A program made the position numbers and the translations under genes. The notes below the pieces were generated by a model. That model was not told the DNA's origin, did no database searches, and worked only from the letters and a program-made list of their open reading frames with translations. From contig JBHLSH010000005.1 in the NCBI GenBank assembly GCA_048881705.1, positions 1-64,000 of the forward strand: a DNA stretch of 64,000 nucleotides, in the 5' to 3' direction. The DNA is from Candidatus Heimdallarchaeota archaeon (GTDB lineage: Archaea > Asgardarchaeota > Heimdallarchaeia > Hodarchaeales > Hodarchaeaceae). Of this stretch, positions 18,706 to 29,264 are shown in pieces (position 1 is the stretch's first letter; every line of letters starts with the position of its first letter).

Positions 18706-21297
18706 ATGGATACCAGCAATTCAAGCGCTCATATTGCGAAAGAACGCTTCTATAATGCCCTCAGAGATCTCTTTATTGGGGCTGATGTTGAGGGGATTTC
18801 AGGTTACATCCACTTTATGAAAATAAAATCTAGATATTTTGAAAATGTATTTCGTAGCCTACACCAGGATATCGATAACAGGCTTATGGAATTTCCTGAG
18901 TTTCAGGAAGAATTTTTTGATAAAATATACAGTTTTTTCAAGCGATATTTTAGTGAAACAGGGTCGGTTTACTTTAGGCGAACACCCTTTAGTGAACAAG
19001 TCTTTGACCGTGTTTACACAGATCGAAAAGATGTATCATTATTCTGGAAAACCCATATGTTATACTATGTAAAAACCGATTTCATTCTAAAGAGTATGGA
19101 AGTAAGCATTGATAATCAGACTTTCTTCTTCGATGTATCTGGTTTAGAATATAAGGAAGGTTGGGAAAAGCGTCATTTTGTGTATTCATTACAAAATATT
19201 GATGAAAAAGGGCGGATAATCTTCAAGGTACAATATTCACGAAGGGGAAAAAAAACCAAAATAAACCCGATCTTGAAACATCTGAAGGAAACCGAAGGTT
19301 TTGCTGGGGACGAAGAACTCTTGAAACGGGCGTTCCGAGTTTTCGAAAAGCAGAACGAAGTCGATTACTTCATTAATAAAAATCCACGGAAATTTCTCCG
19401 TGAACAATTTAATCTATGGCTATACCAGTATATGTTCGATGAAGGGACAAACTTTAGTGAAACAAGAGTTAAACAATTGAAGCTAATCCAATGTGCTGTA
19501 TATGGTATTATCGATTTTATTTCACAGTTCGAAGAAGAATTGTTGAAGATATGGCGTAAACCAAAATTATCAATAAATAGCAATTATGTCATTACTCTGG
19601 ATAGAATTATAGAGAAGAAAGGGGGCGCCAATGTTATCGGTAGGATAGTTGGTCATTCAGGAATACACCGACAGTTGAATGAATGGAAAGCTCTTGGCAT
19701 AGTTTCTGATAAAACGCGGCCCGAGCATATATTTCATAAAAGCGGCAGAAAAGTCCAGAACCGATATCGATCCTTGCCACTTGATACACAATATTTCAAG
19801 GATTTAGAAGAATTAATCCTTTCTCTTTTTTCTAATGGGCTGGATAGAGAATTAAATGGATGGCTCATCAAGTCTGAAAATTGGCAAGCTTTGAACACGG
19901 TTATAAATAAGTTTAGAAACAAGATAAAGCTGATATATATAGATCCTCCATTTAATACTGGAACAAACGAGTTTACTATGTATATAAATCGTTTTTTGGA
20001 TTCTGCTTGGCTAACAATGATGGAAAACCGACTTCAACTTGCCAAAGAATTCCTACATCCTTCTGGAAGCATCTATGTTCGAATTGACCATCACGCCAAT
20101 CATTACGTACGGATGCTCCTAGAAGATATATTTGGAAGTGATAATTTCCGAAACGAATTAATTATCAAACGAACCGAAGGGAAAAGTAGGGTCGAGGGAA
20201 AAGCATTTTCAGTCGGAACTGAATCCTTGATGTTTTTTTCCAAAGGATCAGAAACCAAATTGAAAATCCCAGTAAAAAAGACTGATCTTAGCGTGCAAAC
20301 GCAAGAGTTCCTTTCTCGATTGAAAAAGGTAGAACCAGAAGTTTATACTCATGTAAATGATCTGATAGATGAGATTTTTTGGCTCGATCTTGATCATCGT
20401 CCTGGCTATCGATCAACGTCTACGGAAATTTCAGTGTTCGGTCAGAAGTTCAGGGCTCCTGAGGGGAGACATTGGCTTCTTAACCAGAAAAGAATTGACG
20501 AAGCATTAGAACAGGGACGTGTGAGACTCTCATGTGACTCATGCGGATCCAAGATTCAAACGGATTCAGTTAGACACGATGAATCGTGTCGAAATCCCCA
20601 ACACAAGGTTCAAATTTACTACGCTGAAGAAAGCGTCACCTCAAATTGGACTGATCTCCAAAGTTATGCACAGTCGAACTTTTGGGGAAAAAAGTTTTCT
20701 ACAGAGAATGCGGAGGTTTTATTGCAGAGGATAATGCAGGCCGCAACTGAATCAAAAGATGATATCGTTCTTGACTTTTTCCTCGGATCAGGAACGACCA
20801 TCGCCGCAGCTCACAAATTTCAAAGAAAATGGATTGGGATAGAGATGGGAGAACATTTTTACGACATTGTTCTTCCACGAATGAAAACGGTTCTTGCGGG
20901 TAAGCAATCTGGTATTTCACAAAATGTAAAATGGAAGGGGGGTGGGTTTTTCAAATACTTCGAGCTGGAGCAGTTCGAGCAAGCGCTAAGAAAGGTTAAA
21001 TACGAGGATAGTGATCCATTGGAAGCGTTCGGTGCTGATCTCTATTCCCAGTATATTTTCCTAAAGGATTTAAAACTCCTAAAAGCTCTAGAGATCGATT
21101 ATAAGGCTAAGAAGGTTCACATCAATTGGGATCGACTATATTCAAACGTCGATATATCTGAAACACTATCACATCTCTTGGGCCGTAGGATTAAGACTAT
21201 TACCAAGACGGATTTAGAATTTGAAGATGGTTCAAAGTTTGATATAACAGAGCTCGATTACCAATTGGTAAAACCGTTACTATGGTGGGAAGGATGA
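18706..21297 (+). CDS. mod: Type III R-M modification subunit (m6A methyltransferase)
   Basis: IYIDPPFNTG (motif IV) before VLDFFLGSGTT (motif I), beta order; directly abuts res. Confidence 0.88.
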   Translation: MDTSNSSAHIAKERFYNALRDLFIGADVEGISGYIHFMKIKSRYFENVFRSLHQDIDNRLMEFPEFQEEFFDKIYSFFKRYFSETGSVYFRRTPFSEQVFDRVYTDRKDVSLFWKTHMLYYVKTDFILKSMEVSIDNQTFFFDVSGLEYKEGWEKRHFVYSLQNIDEKGRIIFKVQYSRRGKKTKINPILKHLKETEGFAGDEELLKRAFRVFEKQNEVDYFINKNPRKFLREQFNLWLYQYMFDEGTNFSETRVKQLKLIQCAVYGIIDFISQFEEELLKIWRKPKLSINSNYVITLDRIIEKKGGANVIGRIVGHSGIHRQLNEWKALGIVSDKTRPEHIFHKSGRKVQNRYRSLPLDTQYFKDLEELILSLFSNGLDRELNGWLIKSENWQALNTVINKFRNKIKLIYIDPPFNTGTNEFTMYINRFLDSAWLTMMENRLQLAKEFLHPSGSIYVRIDHHANHYVRMLLEDIFGSDNFRNELIIKRTEGKSRVEGKAFSVGTESLMFFSKGSETKLKIPVKKTDLSVQTQEFLSRLKKVEPEVYTHVNDLIDEIFWLDLDHRPGYRSTSTEISVFGQKFRAPEGRHWLLNQKRIDEALEQGRVRLSCDSCGSKIQTDSVRHDESCRNPQHKVQIYYAEESVTSNWTDLQSYAQSNFWGKKFSTENAEVLLQRIMQAATESKDDIVLDFFLGSGTTIAAAHKFQRKWIGIEMGEHFYDIVLPRMKTVLAGKQSGISQNVKWKGGGFFKYFELEQFEQALRKVKYEDSDPLEAFGADLYSQYIFLKDLKLLKALEIDYKAKKVHINWDRLYSNVDISETLSHLLGRRIKTITKTDLEFEDGSKFDITELDYQLVKPLLWWEG

Positions 21298-23472
21298 ATG
21301 GAACCGGTCTATCCCCTGTTACAAAAAATGGTGGAGAATTTAGATTTTGATACTCTCCCTTCTCACTGGCGCGCTCTCTGCACGTCTTCGTTTTCCAAGC
21401 GCATAAGCCTGTATGGCTATCAGCTTCAGGCCCTTAAAAATATAATAAGGGGCTTATATTTGTTTTTCAAGATTGATAGAGCTGATAAAAGCCAGTTTTA
21501 TTATAGGTACCTTGATTATGGGCTGACTCCAGATACGGAAAGTTGTCTCAATCTCCAGATTGCTGCCTACGACATGGCCACCTCAAAAATCATTCAGGAA
21601 TACCTCTCCCCAGTCCAAGGAAAAGTCCTGTTTCAACGAATTCTCCAACGAGCCGCATTCTGGATGGCAACAGGATCAGGTAAAACCCTTGTCATCATAA
21701 AACTAGTTGAAATCTTGAAAAATTTAATGGATATGGGAGAGATTCCGGAAAAAGATATTCTAATCTTAACACACAGGGATGATTTGCTCACCCAGATAAT
21801 GAACCACGTTAACGAGTTCAATACATCTTTAATGGAAAAGGGTTTTTCTATTAATTTGACAAACCTGCAAAATTACGAGAATTTAAAAAGAGAGGGACTT
21901 TCGCCATTTTTGGACACCGCGAGAGTATTTTATTATCGCTCTGATCTCATTGGTGACGATCAGAAGGAGAAAATCGTAGATTTCAGGAATTATGATATCA
22001 ACGGCAATTGGTACCTCATACTCGATGAGGCACATAAAGGAGATAAGAATGAATCCAAACGCCAACTTTACTACTCCATCCTATCACGAAATGGCTTCTT
22101 GTTTAATTTTTCTGCGACATTTGTGGATCCTCAAGACATGGTCACAACAGTCTACAATTTTAATCTTGAGAAATTTATAACCCGTGGTTATGGAAAACAC
22201 CTTTTGTTGCTTCAGGATGAATCGGATATATTTCGGGAAAAATCTGACTTCAACTCAAAGGAAAAGCAGAAAATCGTCTTGAAGGCTTTGATTCTTCTAA
22301 CCTACATTAAGAAGATAGTTATGAATATCACTCAAATCCGGGAGGGTATATATTGGGAACCGCTAATGCTAACACTGGTGAATACGGTTAACCTTTCCAG
22401 AAAACAGAGAAGGCCAGATTTGATCATGTTTTTCAAGGAAATAGAAGATATAGCGAAAGGGGATATAGATTCAATCTTATATGGCAATGCTATCAATGAG
22501 TTAATTCGGACAGAGGAATCCCATTATCTTTTTGAAGATACCCGCCTCCAGATTGATTGTCAACTAATCAAGACGATCTCAATCCAAGACATATTATTCC
22601 ATATATTTAATTCAACCGAATTCAGTGCAATCGAAGTAATCACAATTCCAGATAGTCGAAAGGAAGTAATTTTCAAGCTAAAATCAACAGATAAACCTTT
22701 TGCGTTAATCAAAATTGGAGATGTGACCAAGTGGATAAAGGAAAATCTTCCTGGATATGAAATAATTGAAAGTTACGACGACAGGAGCATCTTTTCTGAT
22801 ATCGAAAATCGGAACGATATCAGTTTGCTAATGGGTTCTAGAGCATTTTATGAAGGGTGGGATTCAAACCGTCCTAATCTGATTATGTTTATAAATATTG
22901 GAAGGGGTATAGAGGCAAGAAAATTCGTAATGCAAAGTATTGGGCGGGGTGTTCGAGTAGAACCGATTATGGGTAAACGACGCCGATTAAAAAGCCTATA
23001 TGAGGTAAAAAAGGATAATAACCTATATCCACAAATGAAAAACTTAATAGAACCTTTAGAAACTCTTTTCATTTTTGGGACTAATCGTGAAATTCTCAAA
23101 CAAGTCTTTAAAACTCTAAAAATTGAAAAAAAACCGAAAGAAGTCCACGAACCTGAAGATGTGGATGTCAGCGCAGCTCCAAAAAGGAAAAAATCCGGAA
23201 AGAATGAAATTATACGTGGCAGTTTAGGAAGGTTAGAGATTCCAGAATCTTATTTTCGGATTCTATCAGAACTTTTTCAATCGTGTGATGATCGCATTCT
23301 AATTTCCATAAGTGGACTATCTTTAAATTCCGTAGAAAAGATAAGACGCTACCTTCAAGAACCTTCCAAATATTTCTTAAGAACGAGAGATCCTGTAACA
23401 GACGTTCCTCCAAGAATGGTTATTAAAATCGTGGTCAACCATTTTCGCGAAGATTCAAACGATTTCCTTTAA
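21298..23472 (+). CDS. res: Type III R-M restriction subunit (SF2 helicase-like ATPase), apparently C-terminally short
   Basis: MATGSGKT, LDEAH, FSATF, EGWD, QSIGRGVR; TGA-ATG junction with mod. Confidence 0.85.
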   Translation: MEPVYPLLQKMVENLDFDTLPSHWRALCTSSFSKRISLYGYQLQALKNIIRGLYLFFKIDRADKSQFYYRYLDYGLTPDTESCLNLQIAAYDMATSKIIQEYLSPVQGKVLFQRILQRAAFWMATGSGKTLVIIKLVEILKNLMDMGEIPEKDILILTHRDDLLTQIMNHVNEFNTSLMEKGFSINLTNLQNYENLKREGLSPFLDTARVFYYRSDLIGDDQKEKIVDFRNYDINGNWYLILDEAHKGDKNESKRQLYYSILSRNGFLFNFSATFVDPQDMVTTVYNFNLEKFITRGYGKHLLLLQDESDIFREKSDFNSKEKQKIVLKALILLTYIKKIVMNITQIREGIYWEPLMLTLVNTVNLSRKQRRPDLIMFFKEIEDIAKGDIDSILYGNAINELIRTEESHYLFEDTRLQIDCQLIKTISIQDILFHIFNSTEFSAIEVITIPDSRKEVIFKLKSTDKPFALIKIGDVTKWIKENLPGYEIIESYDDRSIFSDIENRNDISLLMGSRAFYEGWDSNRPNLIMFINIGRGIEARKFVMQSIGRGVRVEPIMGKRRRLKSLYEVKKDNNLYPQMKNLIEPLETLFIFGTNREILKQVFKTLKIEKKPKEVHEPEDVDVSAAPKRKKSGKNEIIRGSLGRLEIPESYFRILSELFQSCDDRILISISGLSLNSVEKIRRYLQEPSKYFLRTRDPVTDVPPRMVIKIVVNHFREDSNDFL

Positions 23473-23592
23473 ATCAGAACAACCTTACCCTAGGAGTTAG
23501 AACCGTCTCGGTTTTATTAGGAAGGCAATGTATTTTACCTGTCATAACATAAGTATGGGCTATCAATAGAATTTAACTGGAATTGTTGTGAA

Positions 23593-25104
23593 ATGAGTAT
23601 AGATGCATTTTATCAGCATTTAAACAAGGGCAATCTCAGCGAAGCAGATCGCATAGCTGCCATGCTCTACGGTGAAGAAAGAGATGAAGCAGAACTGATA
23701 ATGGCGGTATTTAAATTGAATAACTTTGGTCCAGGACCGGTGGCGCCCTTTGTAAATCGGATCCTGTCAGAAAGCCAGAATATTCCGCGTATCCATAGCA
23801 TGGCCAGAATTGTATCAGCAGGAATCCTCTTTTGGCAAGCTAAATATGAAGAGGCCCAGGCGGAACTTGAAATAGCCGAAAATTTATTGATAATGGCATC
23901 AAAGAATTCAGAAAAGGGAACTCGGCATATAAAGGCGATTCTTCTTCTTTTTAAAGGAGTTATTCATCACGGCCTAGTTGATATTAATGATGATTTGGTT
24001 TTGAAAAATTACCAAAAGGCGCTGGAAATTTGTTTCGAGGAGGGATTTCCTTTAAAAATTCTAGTCGCTACCATTTACAATAATATATCCGTTTTTTATA
24101 AGAGAAAGGGAGATTGGCCAATAGTAATAGAATATAATCAAAAAATTCTGGATCTTTGCGATAGAATCGGAAATCAAGCGCTTCAATTATATCCCCTAAT
24201 TCAGTTAGGAATTATTCAGTTCGTTCAGGGCGATCTAGCATTAGCTCAAGAATTATTTCAAAAAGCATTACATTTTTCTGAACAATATCCCGATAAACGA
24301 GGAGCTGCATGGGCCTTGGAGAATTTGGGCGCGGTTCATCAGAGTAAGGGGGAATTCCAAAATGCTTTGGATTGTTATCAACGGGCTCTTCAGTTAACTC
24401 AATCAATAAAACTTGCGGGAGGTGCTGATCTTTCGGCTATCTATTACAGGCTGTTCCAACTTCAATTGGCCATGGAAAGTTCTAATCAGGCACAAGAATA
24501 TCTGAGAAAGCTGCAGGAGCAAAGTCAGATTGACCAAAGTCTAAATGCCCAAATTCATTTTCAAATGGCAAAAGCCCTATTTTTGAGAACCAGCCAGCGA
24601 TTCAAAGATAAAGCACAGGCGCAAGATCTTTTTAGAACTGTTATGGAGAACAAAGGAACGAGCGAAGGAATAAGGTTCCTGGCCATGCTGCATCTATGTG
24701 ATTTATTATTACAAGAGGCAAAGGTTTCTGGTGAAGAAAAATTGCTTGTGGAGGTCCAAACGATAACGGACTACGTCATCGAACAGGCACAAGTTTGGAA
24801 ATTTGCTCCCGATCTTATCAACACCTTCATCTTGAAGGCAAAATTCCTATTGATTACCGGCGCTGCACAAGAAGCGTCTAACATACTTAAAGAGGCCCTT
24901 CAAATTGCCGAAGATAGGGCATTAATTTATCTAGCTGATCAGGTTAGAAAAGAACAGGAAAACTTGAAAGATGAGCTTAAAAAGTGGAAGGAATTTACGG
25001 AACGGAATGCATCCTTACAGGAACGCCTTGCTTTTGCTGAACTGGAGGATTATCTTCAAATGGCCATCAAAATGCGGGATTTGAAGGCTGATCCTTCAAA
25101 ATAG
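23593..25104 (+). CDS. Tetratricopeptide-repeat protein
   Basis: Repeated TPR units, e.g. AAWALENLGAVHQSKGEFQNALDCYQRAL. Confidence 0.88.
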   Translation: MSIDAFYQHLNKGNLSEADRIAAMLYGEERDEAELIMAVFKLNNFGPGPVAPFVNRILSESQNIPRIHSMARIVSAGILFWQAKYEEAQAELEIAENLLIMASKNSEKGTRHIKAILLLFKGVIHHGLVDINDDLVLKNYQKALEICFEEGFPLKILVATIYNNISVFYKRKGDWPIVIEYNQKILDLCDRIGNQALQLYPLIQLGIIQFVQGDLALAQELFQKALHFSEQYPDKRGAAWALENLGAVHQSKGEFQNALDCYQRALQLTQSIKLAGGADLSAIYYRLFQLQLAMESSNQAQEYLRKLQEQSQIDQSLNAQIHFQMAKALFLRTSQRFKDKAQAQDLFRTVMENKGTSEGIRFLAMLHLCDLLLQEAKVSGEEKLLVEVQTITDYVIEQAQVWKFAPDLINTFILKAKFLLITGAAQEASNILKEALQIAEDRALIYLADQVRKEQENLKDELKKWKEFTERNASLQERLAFAELEDYLQMAIKMRDLKADPSK

Positions 25105-25155
25105 TGATCACTCTTCTATCAATCTTGTGAAAAAAGGGAAAATCATGTTTCAAGG

Positions 25156-27558
25156 CTAATCGCAAAGAATCGAGCGGCTCAGTTTTTGCAGGATTTCCAT
25201 TTTCTGGTTTGTACTCCCTTTTCTTCTAACTTTGGAAACTTCTTTTACCAATAACCTGTGCAGTTCCAAGCTGGGATCATATTCGGGTAACTTCAGGTTT
25301 CTAAGTAACTTTGTCGTCGTGGAGGTACCCAATTTTTTTGCAGATACAAATCTCCGAACACGTGGCGAATTGACCAATCCTGCAATAAAAAGTAATTCCT
25401 CTTTGCTCGAAAAAGAGGTGTACATCACCTTATTGTTGGGTACTAAAGGTTTTACCCCTAGGTAAGTATCTCTTGTTGGTACAACAATAGAGCAACGAAA
25501 TTCACCCATTTCAGGCCAAAATAACTTGTATGGAGAGAATAAATCCTTGTTGACGTTGTAGATTGAATAGAAAGGATCATTGGATTTGAAGTATTTTTGT
25601 ACCCCAGGCCGTCCACATAGCTCATGCTTAAACGTTTTTAGATAGGAATAGGTTGCGGGGTACTTCTTCCGCATTGTAGCTACGTCGATCCCTCTCCTCG
25701 TTAACGGATTATTCGTCACGATTACGTGATAGTTATCTGTGGATCGGATATTCCATAATCCAATATCTCGGCCCCGAACGAGCGGAAAAAGCAGATCAGG
25801 TTCAATCTTTGCGTGAACAATCTTTACTTTTTTCCTCCCAATATTGCCAAGATTCTCAATCAACATGTTTCCGTCCTCAGATCTCTCGATAATTCGAACC
25901 CAAAACACGCCATTCAACCAAGTGCAAATGCCTGCTTTACCTAAATACTTGGAGCGGCCTCTCAACTTTTTTATAAGTACAGGAACTTCTTCGTCAGAAA
26001 AAGGGTAAATTATCCATGATGATTCTGGCTTTTCTCCTGAAGGTTCCGCTAAGAGTTTCGTATTGCTGATAGATGCTCTAACGTGTTCTAATGTTTGTGC
26101 ATTATCAGCCAGTTCAATTTTGTTATTCTTGCTCCAAATACGGTAATTTACTGGGTAAATAGTTTTTTTTCCTTTGGTACAATAAACGATGGCAGTTCGG
26201 GTTACGGCTTTGAAAGGTTTGAGACCTACCATATCGTCAACCAAATCTATGCTGAAAAACTGGTCACTTCCAAAAGAAAATTCTCGAAATCCCTCCCCTG
26301 CCTTCATCGATTGGAAGACATTTTGGTTAATTAGAAAAATTAATTTCCCGTTCTTCCTAAGATAGAGATCAATGCATCTATAAAGAAAAAGCATAGAAAG
26401 ATCTTTTTTTCCTCCACCGAGTCTCGCTTCCGAACCTTTTTTGATAGAAAACAGACTGTACCGCTTCCAGAGGTTGAATGTTTCAGTTCGGTAACTTTTT
26501 GAGAGGAATTCCCATCCCACCCATGGCGGGTTACCCAAAACATAGTCGAAACTACCAGTCCATCCTTTAATTCTCGGATTTACAGCATCTGATAGGAAGA
26601 TAGGGAGAATCTTATTATCTTCTCCGCATGGCATAATATCAGAAACTGCGATTAGATAGTTTGCTCGGGCTGTAGTTACAGCTATTGGGTTAATATCAAT
26701 TCCAACAACCTGATCTCGAATCAACTCAAATAGCTCTTCCTCCAGGATAGATGCCCGAAACTGTCTCTTGAGCTTATTTATTACGTGAATAATGAATGTT
26801 CCTGAACCGCAGCACGGGTCTAGAACTCTAGTTTTCTCCCCGATCTCAATTTGATCGCTAACATATTCAGCAAGCCAATTAGGAGTGTAATATTCGCCCA
26901 GATCGTGACGAATCCCTTTAGGTATCAGACTTTCATATAATTCCTTGAATAGATCCAAAGCTTCATAAGAGTTCGAATCTGCATGTATTGATCGATAGCT
27001 ATCCAAGGATTTAAGTATTTCAAAAATCATATTCGCTAGGCTGTCTGACCACTCATCGGTAAACCACCAGTAGAAATTATCAGTAACTATATCAAATAAG
27101 CCGGAATATTCATTAATATGGCCAGCAGGAACATTTTTCAACAGTTCACACAATTCAGACGGGTTTTTACATAATAGCTGACGTAGATATCCATGATCAC
27201 CCAAATTTCTGTTTGAAAAAACGGCTTCGGAGGCCAATAATGTTATTATCAAGGAATAATACGTATGAATACAGAAAATGACTTCAGTACATCTAAGACG
27301 GCTCCTTTCAAACCTCTTTGCTAGATTTAGCATACTCTTTTTAGGGGATTGGAAATTATATCTGCAGAAACGGGAAAGGTGCTCTTTCCATGCCCTAAAC
27401 CTTTTTTTTGTACGTGCTTTTACGGGGTTCTCGATTGCTCGTAGTAAAACAGATACCAAATTTGTACAATTGGAGGATCCCAGTCCGAAATCATTGGTAA
27501 GATTAAATGAAGAAAGGGGGCGTCGATCTGAGACGAGCATATACAAACAACATTCCAC
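25156..27558 (-). CDS. Eco57I/type IIG-like N6-adenine DNA methyltransferase with TRD, apparently lacking the N-terminal nuclease
   Basis: RHDLGEYYTPNWLA, VLDPCCGSGTF, GIDINPIAV, GNPPW; C-terminal TRD-like region. Confidence 0.85.
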   Translation of the reverse strand: MECCLYMLVSDRRPLSSFNLTNDFGLGSSNCTNLVSVLLRAIENPVKARTKKRFRAWKEHLSRFCRYNFQSPKKSMLNLAKRFERSRLRCTEVIFCIHTYYSLIITLLASEAVFSNRNLGDHGYLRQLLCKNPSELCELLKNVPAGHINEYSGLFDIVTDNFYWWFTDEWSDSLANMIFEILKSLDSYRSIHADSNSYEALDLFKELYESLIPKGIRHDLGEYYTPNWLAEYVSDQIEIGEKTRVLDPCCGSGTFIIHVINKLKRQFRASILEEELFELIRDQVVGIDINPIAVTTARANYLIAVSDIMPCGEDNKILPIFLSDAVNPRIKGWTGSFDYVLGNPPWVGWEFLSKSYRTETFNLWKRYSLFSIKKGSEARLGGGKKDLSMLFLYRCIDLYLRKNGKLIFLINQNVFQSMKAGEGFREFSFGSDQFFSIDLVDDMVGLKPFKAVTRTAIVYCTKGKKTIYPVNYRIWSKNNKIELADNAQTLEHVRASISNTKLLAEPSGEKPESSWIIYPFSDEEVPVLIKKLRGRSKYLGKAGICTWLNGVFWVRIIERSEDGNMLIENLGNIGRKKVKIVHAKIEPDLLFPLVRGRDIGLWNIRSTDNYHVIVTNNPLTRRGIDVATMRKKYPATYSYLKTFKHELCGRPGVQKYFKSNDPFYSIYNVNKDLFSPYKLFWPEMGEFRCSIVVPTRDTYLGVKPLVPNNKVMYTSFSSKEELLFIAGLVNSPRVRRFVSAKKLGTSTTTKLLRNLKLPEYDPSLELHRLLVKEVSKVRRKGSTNQKMEILQKLSRSILCD

Positions 27559-27569
27559 TGGTTAAATCT

Positions 27570-28163
27570 CTAGCTCTCTAAATACATACAAAACGATTGG
27601 TTACGTACCGGAAGCGGTAAGGCATGAAATTGGGAAGTGTGGACAAGATGAAGATCAAGGTTTTTGAAAAGTTCCTTCCAATCATCTAATTTTCGAAAAT
27701 TAAAAGGGATGGGCATTTGAGCTGAAAATGTTCGATTTTCAAGTAAATCGAAAAATTTTAGGAAAAAGCGCTCTAACCTATTATTAAAGACATCTTCAAT
27801 AATTATTAGTTTTTTTCTACTAACTCGCATCATTTCTTTTAATATACTACCAACATTGGGACAATGATGAAGGACAAAAACACCTATGCATACATCAAAC
27901 GAATCATCTGGAAATGGAATCGGTTCATTCCCATCATAAAGGCGCAATGGGATACCTGGAACACGATATTTTGGATAGGCTAAGATATCCAAACCCTGAA
28001 TCTCTACGCCTGTTTTTTCTTGAATTCGGAGAGAAACGTATCCATCCCCATCGCCAACGCTCAACATCGATTCGCCTGATTCCAAAAAAAAATGGATATG
28101 CTTTAAAATCTGATTTGCCCGATAATTTCGAATTGGTTCTGCAATTCTTGTAAGTAGAGACAA
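27570..28163 (-). CDS. Class I SAM-dependent small-molecule methyltransferase
   Basis: LSVGDGDG, IPFPDDSFDV, VLHHC, LKEMMRV. Confidence 0.88.
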   Translation of the reverse strand: MSLLTRIAEPIRNYRANQILKHIHFFLESGESMLSVGDGDGYVSLRIQEKTGVEIQGLDILAYPKYRVPGIPLRLYDGNEPIPFPDDSFDVCIGVFVLHHCPNVGSILKEMMRVSRKKLIIIEDVFNNRLERFFLKFFDLLENRTFSAQMPIPFNFRKLDDWKELFKNLDLHLVHTSQFHALPLPVRNQSFCMYLES

Positions 28164-28509
28164 ACTTTTGGCTCCCGTTAATGTCCCAGTATTTGATCGA
28201 ATGTTAAATCAGCGCAGATTCAGTTCCTTCTAAATCTTTTTCTTCGTGTTCCAAATCATAATGAACAACTTCGATGTAGAATGCTCATAGGATCCTCTTC
28301 CAATAGAATGTCTTATTCTGGAATAATGTGTCTCACTAGAAAGAGGAAATTGCCATTTTGTCGGTTTATGAAACGAAATGGCCCTTTAATGACATATTTT
28401 ATGCTGATATTGACAAATAACTTTTGAAAGAGCTTCATTCATTTAAATACGGATTATTCGCAAGTATATTTTTAATCCTTATACAAAAAGCTATTTTGGT
28501 GTCAAATTA

Positions 28510-28947
28510 ATGGTAAGAATAGTTCCTTATTTAACGGTAAAAAATGGTAAAGAGGCCATCGAGTTATATAAAAGGATTTTTAACGCTAAATTAGTAGATC
28601 ACGAAGCTTTTAGCCCTGAAACAACAGCTGGCTTTAATTTTCCTAAAGATTTCGATTATGAGAACTCTACGATGCACGCTGAACTGGATATTGGAGGATC
28701 AGCCATTTTCTTATCTGATAATGTAGGCCCTCCTGCCGAATCATCCACTCGACTAGTCGAAGTAGTTCTGGATTTCGAAACAAAAGAGGAAATCGAAAAT
28801 ATCTACAAAAAAGCCCAAGAAAACGGGTGTGAGATTATGATGGAGTTACAACAGACTTTTTGGGGCGCATTATATTCACGATTCTCGGATCCTTTTGGTA
28901 TCGGTTGGCAGCTGAATCATGATCTGCCTCAGGAAGAGTCCAAGTAA
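28510..28947 (+). CDS. VOC/PhnB-like glyoxalase family protein
   Basis: PYLTV, MHAEL, TFWGALY, DPFGIGWQL. Confidence 0.9.
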   Translation: MVRIVPYLTVKNGKEAIELYKRIFNAKLVDHEAFSPETTAGFNFPKDFDYENSTMHAELDIGGSAIFLSDNVGPPAESSTRLVEVVLDFETKEEIENIYKKAQENGCEIMMELQQTFWGALYSRFSDPFGIGWQLNHDLPQEESK

Positions 28948-29264
28948 TCCTTTACTTAAATCCAAACGAAAAGCTTACCTCTTTCTTTCTATTCTGGTTT
29001 CGCTTGGTATCGAAATTCACCTCCTTTGATATGATCCGCTCGGTGGATTACGGAGTATTGAGCGTACATTAATTATTGGAATTGGTACGTGGATCAATGT
29101 CATCCTTTACAGCTATTTTCGTAAGTAAAGGTTTGATAAGTTATCTTTCACCTTGCTTTCAATAACCATCAGCGATCTATATCAGTGGAAATCCTGCTAT
29201 TGCCGCTTAAACAGATATCTCTGATTACTAAGGTGAAGTGAATCTTTCCACTATAAGTTGATTC

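Noticed and set aside
17443-27558. Integrated mobile element carrying the methyltransferase island
   Set aside because: No integrase, transposase, flanking tRNA or terminal direct repeats found by eye.
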